NCBI GenBank assembly: GCA_964016885.1
Contig: OZ024756.1
Location: 12,276,001 to 12,340,000 of the forward strand
Origin: Eledone cirrhosa
Lineage: Eukaryota
Length of the DNA: 64,000 nt
Direction of reading: 5' to 3'
Both the position numbers and the translations under genes were made by a program. Positions 54,845-64,000 of this stretch are shown here, one piece after another. The notes beneath the pieces were generated by a model, which searched no databases, was not told where the DNA came from, and saw nothing but the letters and a program-made list of their open reading frames with translations. How positions within the stretch are numbered: position 1 is the stretch's first letter; each line of letters begins with the position of its first letter.

Positions 54845-55480
54845 TGGAGATGCATGGTCTAGTGGTAAGTGTGTTTGACTCGGAGGTGTGTGGTCTGGTG
54901 GTAAGGGTGTTGGACTTATGATCATAATGTCGTGGGTTCGATTCCTGGGCTGGGTTGTGTGTTGTGTTCTTGAGCAAAACACTTCATTTCACGTTGCTCC
55001 AGTATACTCAGCTGAAAATGAGTACCAGCTGTATCTGAGGGTTAAACCTGTGGTGAACTGGGTTGTGTATTGTGTTCTTGAGCAAAACACTTCATTTCAC
55101 GTTGCTCCAGTATACTCAGCTGAAAATGAGTACCAGCTGTATCTGAGGGTTAAACCTGTGGTGAACTGGGTTGTGTATTGTGTTCTTGAGCAAAACACTT
55201 CATTTCATGTTGCTCCAGTATACTCAGCTGAAAATGAGTACCAGCTGTATCTGAGGGTTAAACCTGTGGTGAACTGGGTTGTGTGTTGTGTTCTTGAGCA
55301 AAACACTTCATTTCACGTTGCTCCAGTATACTCAGCTGAAAATGAGTACCAGCAATAGCTCAGAGTTTAACTTTGCGATGGACTGGTGTTCTGTCCAGGG
55401 GGAAGTGTTGTACTCTGTCACTTCATGCCACAGAAACCAGGATAAGCACCAGCCTGATGAGTCTCTGGATTCTAGATAGA
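54845..55480 (+). mobile_element. SINE family B with internal 108-bp unit amplified ~3.7x
   Basis: Units start at 54950, 55058, 55166, 55274; tRNA-like head with GGTTCGATTCC. Confidence 0.8.
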
Positions 55481-56692
55481 TAGATAGACTTTAGTCTTTA
55501 GATATTATAATGAGGCGGCAAATTAGAATGAACTTTGGATAAATTGCAGTATTCATTCCAACTGCTTGAGTTCAAATCCCACTGAGGTCAACTTTGCCTT
55601 TCATCCTTTTAAGGTCGATAAAAAAAGCACCAGTCTAGTATTAGGGACGATTCGTCCTCTATATCTCTTTCTCTCCTTCTATGGAAGAATTTGGCAATGT
55701 TCAATTCTGGAGTGAGGGCTTCACTAGATTTAATAAAAATGTCCAAGACATATGCCACTACAACATGATTCCATCAGGAGTCCAAGACTCCATCAGGAGT
55801 TATAAGTCTATACATGCATATAGGCAGTGAACTGATACAGTCATTAGAACGTCCGATATAGAATGTTTTGCAGTATTCATTCAGACAATTCAAATCCCAG
55901 AGATCACTTTACCTTTCATTCATTTAATGTCGACAAAACAGTAGCACTCCAGTACTGGGGCCAATTCTTCTTCTATATCTCTTTCTTACTATCTTTCTCT
56001 CTATAAGTGTTTTTTGTTAGTGTCCATGATTCCCATCCAGAGAGGAAAATGGATTCAACTGCTGCAAAGCGAATCCAACTCTTGCTTGCTTGTCTGTAAT
56101 GTAATATAGCCAAAAGGGTGCATAAAGCGTGAGCCGTTGGTGCATAAAGCGTGAGCCGTTGAGTCATGGGCGGTCTAGTGTATAATATATCATCATCATC
56201 ATCAACGTCTATCTTCCACGCTAGCATGGGTTTAGACGGGAATTATGGGATGGTGCATATATTTGGTTAAGAGGTGCCTACTGACTATATATATATATAT
56301 ATGTTGATAAACTGAATCCTCCGTTCGATCACCAATACCATGAGCTTGCCATTCACGTAAGTCTGATATTTGATTTCGGATTCAAAGAAACACTTTAAAC
56401 AATTGATCGTTTGATTTGTCCAGGTGTACTTTTCTCAACCTGATTAGTTCTATCGTTACTTTGGTATGTATTGTGTGTTAGTTTCGCCTACCACAATGTT
56501 TGATTTGTCAAGCTATTTAAACGTATGTTATTACTCTAAGGTCCTATCTTATCGAGTGCTTTGCTTACTCATCATTTCATATAAGTAGGGCGAATTTATT
56601 GGCAAACCGCCAGAGATTCGATTTTACTGATTTCCAATTATATATATATATATAGTTATATATAAAAACATAGTAAATATTTATTTACATAC

Positions 56693-56950
56693 CCCAGAAA
56701 CTTCAGAATTGTGTTTCCATCTCGCAGAAGCTTGCATACTGTTATAATTGGTTGCACATCTCTGCCTCATCTCAGACAATTGTTGTTCAGTATGAACTTC
56801 AATCCGAGATAATAAATCTTGGTTTTCATTGGCCAATCTTCGGTTCACAGTCTCCAATTGTTGTATACTTTGCTTTAATATGCCTGATTCATGTTTTTGC
56901 TTTATTCCAGATTCTCTTTCTGCTGCAAAGTCTGACTTGTATACATCAGC
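56693..56950 (-). CDS. Internal exon of NEMO (IKK-gamma)/optineurin-like gene, UBAN (CC2-LZ) ubiquitin-binding region
   Basis: tttgcag|GCT GAT GTA...TCT GGG|gtatgt, 258 nt, phase 0/0; ADVYKSDFAAERE matches NEMO ADIYKADFQAERQ and optineurin EVYCSDFHAERA, followed by coiled coil. Confidence 0.82.
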
Positions 56951-57061
56951 CTGCAAATAATTAATTAAAAGCAATCATTATCATCTCCATCACCATCATT
57001 TAATGTCTAAGTTCCATGCTTAACTCTTTAGTATTTGAATTACTCTATATTTACTATTATC

Positions 57062-57360
57062 TCACATAATTGGGAGAGCCACCAAAAACAGTTGTGGTCC
57101 CAGGATTGTCCCTTGGGGCACCCCACTTGTTATTGATGTTTCCTTTGAGAGGGCCCCATTTGCTGTGACTGTCTGGCTTCTGTCCTTTAAGAAGTCATGC
57201 AGCCACTCACCTACTTTTCCGGTTATGCCGAGTTTGTGACATATCATTCCGTGGTCGACCTTGTCAAAGGCCTTCGCAAAGTCAAGATATATCACGTCCA
57301 CATGTGTGCGGTCTAGCAGTTGTTTCAGTACCCAGTTGTAGTGATGTAGCAGCTGTGTAA
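57062..57360 (-). pseudogene. Internal RT fragment of the same CR1-group LINE family
   Basis: TQLLHHY...[13 protein letters not shown]...SGVPQGTILGP, homologous to ~9568-9865. Confidence 0.9.
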
Positions 57361-57429
57361 TACATATATACATATATACATATATACATGTATATATACA
57401 TACATACATATATATATATACATATATAT

Positions 57430-58040
57430 ATGGTGGCTGCTAACTCGTTTTCGAGTACGGCCACTACTTTATATCCATGTAGGAGAACCCCTACCGATGC
57501 GCTGAATGAGTGTGACTTTTTAGTCCAGCCAGCGACTTGAAAACTCTGGTACAAACACTACACTTGTGACAATTATTGACACATAGTGCTGGGCCCATGG
57601 TACCATGTGACGACAAGTGCAGAGAGATCTCCAGATATAAAGCAATGTCTGTGCCGTGAAGCTTTTATAGTGAGCAAAGGCACTGCACAAAGCCAGTCCC
57701 ACTCTCTTAACCAAGATGATATTTACCAAAAAGAAGAATAAGTCAACATCATTGGATACCATCAGGGTTGCAGGTGTTGTATCAGAGTTTTCCTTCTCCT
57801 AGAATTCTGCCTTGACAAAGGCTAAGGGGTCATCTCTCCCGGTGATTTTGGATGGCCATTGACTCTTAAGAGCTCCTTTGCCCTTTGACAGGTCTTGTTT
57901 TTAGTCCTGCAGGATGTCCAAAGTCACCCTCCTCACCAAGAAACCTTGGTGGGGTTGCCAGTTTAGTCGCCAACGACCCGACCATGAGACAGGTTGTACT
58001 GGGATACATGTTACCAGTAGCACCAACTGGTGACCTGACA
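57430..58040 (-). mobile_element. Bipartite RTE-derived element, copy 2
   Basis: Highly similar to copies 1 and 3, same termini. Confidence 0.75.
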
Positions 58041-58524
58041 TAAACATACATACATACATACATATATATATATATGTATATATATATACATACATATATA
58101 TATGTATATATATATACATATATATGTATATAGATATACATACATATATATATTTATATATATATACATATATATGTATATAGATATACATATATACATA
58201 CATACATACATACATATATATATGTATATATATATACATACATATATATATGTATATATATATACATATATATGTATATAGATATACATATATACATACA
58301 TACATACATACATATATATATGTATATATATATACATATATATATGTATATATATATACATATATATGTATATAGATATACATATATACATACATACATA
58401 CATACATATATATATGTATATATATATACATACATATATATATGTATATATATATACATATATATGTATATAGATATACATATATACATACATATATATA
58501 TATGTATATATACATATATACATG

Positions 58525-58564
<40 letters not shown>

Positions 58565-58633
58565 TATATATGTATATAGATATACATATATACATACATA
58601 TATATATATGTATATATACATATATACATGTAT

Positions 58634-60392
58634 ATCATCATCATCATCATCATCATCAGGTTTGGACGGGGGTTTTCCCACTTGAGGCAAGAGTGGTTGT
58701 CTTGCTCGCATAGGACTGTCTGGCGGGTTTTCTACAGTTGGATGCCCTTCCTAACACCAACCACATTTACAGTGTGGGGCTGGGAGGTTTTTACCGTGTT
58801 GCCTACACGGCCACATTACAGCGTGGACTGTCTGGCGGGTTTTCTACAGCTGGATGCCCTTCCTAACACCAACCACATTTACAGTGTGGGGCTGGGAGGT
58901 TTTTACCGTGTTGCCTACACGGCCACATTTACAGCGTGGACTGTGTGTTTTTTGTCGTGACACCTACACGATCTCATTTGTTTCGGCCTGGATGTTGTGG
59001 GACCAACATAACTTTACATTGAAAGGGGCGGTGTGGGTGGGGTGGAGGTGGTGGGACGGGGGTGTGTTTTGATAGAGATGCCTACTGACTGTAGTAGGTT
59101 TTTACTTTGTATTTAGGTAAGGCGGGTCTTCTCTATTACTGAGTACCGCCAAAGGTCTCGGTCCAGTGACATTGTCTTGGAGAGGTGTAAGCGTGTGAGG
59201 TCGGAATTTATCAGCTCGTCCCATGTTTTTCTGGGTCTGCCTACTCCGTGGCTACCGTCTATCTTTATTGCCCTGCACTTTGTTATACAGCTGTCGTCTT
59301 TCATGCGCATCACGTGACCGTACCAACGTAGCCTTCTCTCAAGTAAACAACATCTGATCCCTCTTATTTCTAATTTTTTCCTTAGTTCGTTTATGCTTTG
59401 CCGTTCACGTATATTACTATTGCACATCCAGCGGAGCATGCAAGCTTCGTTCCTCTCTAGTCTGCGTATATCCTCTGCACACAATGCCCAGGTCTCACTG
59501 CCATGCAGCATTGCTGTTCGTATGCAGGCATCGTATAACCTGCCTTTCATTTTTAGGGAGAACCCTCTAGCGGCTAATAGTGGTATAAGCTCTCTGAACT
59601 TTTTCCATCCAGTTCTGACTCTAGCTACTGTACTTTCAGAGCACCCTCCCCCACTGCTGATTTTGTCACCCAGATAACGGAAGCTGTCCACTATTTCTAT
59701 AGAACCCTCTGCGCAGTTGAAGGAGCTAGTATTTTGTGGGCATTTGCTGCTACTTATTGCACCAGAGCACCGGCCACATGTAAAATCTATGTTCTTAGTT
59801 AGCTTACCTGTGATCCCACTACATCTTTTATGCACCCATACTTTGCATTTGGGACATAAAATGGAGTTTCTACCTACGCCTTTCCTACACACTGAGCATG
59901 GCCATTTCCCCGATGGGACCGCCGCCTTATTTTCTTTCCTACAAACTAGAACTTTAGTCTTAGCCAGGTTAATTTTAAGGCCTTTTGATTCTAGGCCGTG
60001 CTTCCACGTTTGGAATTTCTTCTCTAGTTCGGTCATTGATTCAGCTATGAGCGTTAGATCATCTGCGTATAGGAGTTCCCATGGGCAGCCGGTCTTGAAC
60101 TCCTCTGTTATAGCCTGAAGGGCAATAATAAATAGTAGGGGGCTAAGAACAGAGCCCTGATGGACACCAACTTTTACGCTAAACTCTTCACTATATTCGT
60201 TGTTAATTCTAACCTTACTGACTGTTTCTTTATACATGGCTTGTATAGCTCTCACAAGCCATTCGTCAACACCTAGTTTTCTAAGAGACCACCAGATAAT
60301 GGAACGGGGGACTCTGTCGAAGGCTTTCTCCAAGTCGACGAAAGCTAAGTATAGGGGTTTACTTTTAGCTAGGTACTTCTCCTGTAGTTGTC
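58634..60392 (-). mobile_element. 5'-truncated RTE-clade LINE (RT C-half 59113-60392 open, PHD-like insertion, 3' UTR with 112-bp duplication, (GAT)n tail)
   Basis: [53 protein letters not shown]. Confidence 0.93.
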
Positions 60393-60430
60393 TATATATA
60401 TATATATATATATACATACATATATATATG

Positions 60431-60486
<56 letters not shown>

Positions 60487-60570
60487 CATACATACATACA
60501 TATATATATATGTACATACATATATATATATGTATATATATACATACATATATATATATATATGTATATG

Positions 60571-60604
<34 letters not shown>

Positions 60605-60609
60605 CATAC

Positions 60610-60658
<49 letters not shown>

Positions 60659-61133
60659 CATACATATATATATATATGTATATATATATACATATATATA
60701 TATATGTATATATATACATATATATATATATGTATATATATATACATATATACATACATACATACATATATATATGTATATATATATACATATATACATA
60801 CATACATACATATATATATATGTATATATATATACACATATATACATACATACATATATATATATGTATATATATATACATATATACATACATACATATA
60901 TATATATGTATATATATATACATATATACATACATACATATATATACATGTATATATATATACATATATACATACATACATATATATATATGTATATATA
61001 TATATATACATACATACATATATATATGTATATATATATACATATATATATACATACATACATATATATATGTATATATATATACATATATATATATACA
61101 TACATACATATATATATGTATATATATATACAT

Positions 61134-61742
61134 ATGGTGGCTGCCAACTCGTTTTCGAGTACGGCCACTACTTTATATCCATGTAGGAGAACCCCTACCG
61201 ATGCGCTGAACGAGTGTGACTTTTTAGTCTAGCCAGCGACTTGAAAACTCTGGTACAAACACTACACTTGTGACAATTATTGGCACAGTGCTGGGCCCAT
61301 GGTACCATGTGACGACAAGTGCAGAGAGATCTCCAGATATAAAGCAATGCCTGTGCCGTGAAGCTTTTATAGTGAGCAAAGGCACTGCACAAAGCCAGTC
61401 CCACTCTCTTAACCAAGATGATATTTACCAAAAAGAAGAACAAGTCAACATCATTGGATACCATCAGGGTTGCAGGTGTTATATCAGAGTTTTCCTTCTC
61501 TTAGAATTCTGCCTTGACAAAGGCTAAGGGGTCATCTCTCCCAGTGATTTTGGATGGCCATTGACTCTTAAGAGCTCCTTTGCCCTTCGACAGGTTTTGT
61601 TTTTAGGCCTGCAGGATGTCCAAAGTCACCCTCCTCACCAAGAAACCTTGGTGGGGTTGCCAGTTTAGTCGCCAACGACCCGACCATGAGACAGGTTGTA
61701 CTGGGATACATGTTACCAGTAGCACCAAGTGGTGACCTGACA
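61134..61742 (-). mobile_element. Bipartite RTE-derived element, copy 3
   Basis: Same termini; here [22 protein letters not shown] (C2H2) is in frame with the short ORF. Confidence 0.75.
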
Positions 61743-62065
61743 TAACATATATATACATATATATATATACATACATACATATATATATGTATATATATAT
61801 ACATATATATATATACATACATATATATATATATATATACATACATATATATATACATACATATATATATATATATATATACATACATACATATATATAT
61901 GTATATACATATATATATACATACATATATATATATATGTATATATATATACATATATACATACATACATATATATATATATGTATATATATATACATAC
62001 ATACATATATATATATATGTATATATATATACATACATACATATATATATATGTATATATATATA

Positions 62066-64000
62066 GGCAGGAGGAGAGTAACATGGTGGTGGAACAGTAA
62101 GGTGGAGGGGTCAATTAAGGCCAAAAAGCAGGCTTGGAAAGTGTGGCGGGATGGGGGAAGCAGAGAAGACTATCAAGTGGCCAGGAGGGAAGCTAGGAGA
62201 CAAGTGTACTTCGCAAGAAGGGAAGCAGAGGAAAGAAAGTTCAAGCATGTTCTACAACGTGAGGACCAAAAACGTGAGGTGTTCAGGATTGCTAGGCAAT
62301 GTGTCAAGGAAAACAGTGATATTGTCGGGGAGAAGTGTGTACTTAACGATGATGGCGTACTTGCCATCACCGACGCCGATAAGAAGGTAGCTTGGAAGTG
62401 TCACTATGAAAGGCTACTAAATGAGGAGAATAAATGGGAGAAAGACAGTCTCCCCCATATCGACCCGATAGAGGGACCAGCAGTGTTAGTCGAGGGTAGT
62501 ATAATAAGTAAGGCAATCAAAGATATGAAGACAGGCAAGGCGGCTGGGCCTTCGGAAATAGTTGCCAAGATGCTGAAGGCATCTGGTACGGTGGGACACA
62601 CCATGGTCACCCGGATAGTCAACCAAGTCATACAGAATGGGGTTGTTCCGAAGGACTGGCGCAGCAGCATTATCGTTAACTGTTATAAGGGTAAAGGAGA
62701 TGCCCTAGATAGGAGTAACTATAGAGGCATTAAATTAATCGACCAGGTCATGAAGGTCACGGAAAAAGTTATAGCGCAACTAATCAGAGAGCGAATTGAT
62801 CTAGCTGAAATGCAGTTCGGGTTTGTGTCAGGAAAAAGTAACACAGACGCTCTTTTCATTGTACGACAACTACAGGAGAAGTACCTAGCTAAAAGTAAAC
62901 CCCTATACTTAGCTTTCGTCGACTTGGAGAAGGCCTTCGACAGAGTCCCTCGTTCCATTATCTGGTGGGCTCTTAGAAAACTAGGTGTTGATGAATGGCT
63001 TGTGAGAGCTATACAAGCCATGTATAAAGAAACAGTCAGCAAGGTTAGAATTAACAACGAATATAGTGAAGAGTTTAGTGTAAAAGTTGGTGTTCATCAG
63101 GGCTCTGTTCTTAGCCCCCTACTATTTATTATTGCCCTCCAGGCTATAACAGTGGAGTTCAAGACCGGCTGCCCATGGGAACTCCTATACGCAGATGATC
63201 TAACGCTCATAGCTGAATCAATGGCCGAGCTAGAGAAGAAATTCCAAACATGGTAGCATGGCCTAGAATCAAAAGGCCTTAAAATTAACCTAGCTAAGAC
63301 TAAAGTTCTAGTTTGTAAGAAAGAAAATAAGGCGGCGGTCCCCTCCGGGAAGTGGCCATGCGCAGAGTGTAGGAAAGGCGTAGGTAGAAATTCCATTTTG
63401 TGTCCCAAATGCAAAGTTTGGGTGCATAAAATCTATGTTCTTAGTTAGGTAAGCTAACTAAGAACATAGATTTTACATGTGGCCGGTGTTCTGGGGAAAT
63501 AAGTAGCAGCAAGTGCCCACAAAATACTAGCTCTTTCAACTGCGCAGAGGGTTCTATAGAAATAGTGGACAGCTTCCGTTACCTGGGTGACAAAATCAGC
63601 AGTGGGGGAGGGTGCTCTGAAAGTACAGTAGCTAGAGTCAGAACTGGGTGGAAAAAGTTCAGAGAGCTTATACCACTATTAGCCGCTAAAGGGTTCTCCC
63701 TAAAAATGAAAGGCAGGCTGTACGATGCCTGCATACGAACAGCAATGTTGCATGGCAGTGAGACCTGGGCATTGTGTGCAGAGGATATACGCAGACTAGA
63801 GAGAAACGAAGCTTGCATGCTCCGCTGGATGTGTAATAGTAATATACGTGAACGACAAAGCATAAACGAACTAAGGAAAAAATTAGAAATAAGAGGGATC
63901 AGATGTTGTTTACTAGAGAGAAGGCTACATTGGTATGGTCACGTGATGCGCATGAAGGACGATAGCTGTATAACAAAGTGCAGGGCAATAAAGATAGACG
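62066..64000 (+). mobile_element. 5'-truncated RTE LINE copy (nonsense at 63254-56, frameshift at ~63432), continues beyond window
   Basis: TWWWN, KAAGP, YKGKGD, NYRGIKL, QFGF, YADD; from 62865 nearly identical to the reverse complement of the copy whose 5' end is at 60392. Confidence 0.93.

Noticed and set aside
55452-55475. Hammerhead at CTGATGAG
   Set aside because: No downstream GAAA or stems; part of a SINE tail.
55973-56100. Additional exon of the NEMO-like gene
   Set aside because: Phase-0 reading after the AG hits a stop; the alternative frame (FAAVESIFLSGWESWTLTK) looks like a decayed RTE-type RT fragment.
57950-58040. HDV-like ribozyme at the 5' end of the bipartite element
   Set aside because: CTAA followed by ACTGG (pairing with CCAGT) is suggestive, but I could not build the full nested double pseudoknot in the right order.

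Overview
AT-rich eukaryotic DNA dominated by kilobase-scale interrupted (TA)n microsatellites, SINEs and retroelements. The repeat landscape suggests a cephalopod such as Octopus (inference), and there is a 200-N gap at 44762-44961. Almost all Y/I/C/V/H-rich ORFs in the supplied track are microsatellite artefacts. Real content: (1) a near-full-length CR1-group LINE (~6489-10900, +) whose ORF1 has Myb/SANT-like and CCCH domains and an in-frame U_UUU_UUA slippery site leading into an ORF2 with no usable AUG; (2) a Naiad-type Penelope-like element (RT + GIY-YIG) between ~2.07-kb inverted arms carrying hammerhead-ribozyme (HHR) motifs with a ~115-nt stem II; (3) several other HHR motifs, two of them in homologous cassettes with an octamer ~80 nt upstream; (4) three copies of a ~610-bp bipartite RTE-derived element and several RTE copies, mostly abutting (TA)n; (5) two exons (UBAN domain and terminal zinc finger) of a NEMO/optineurin-like host gene on the minus strand; (6) many fold-back structures, including a clear template-switch mutation. 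All structures and alignments were read by eye; no searches or folding programs were run.
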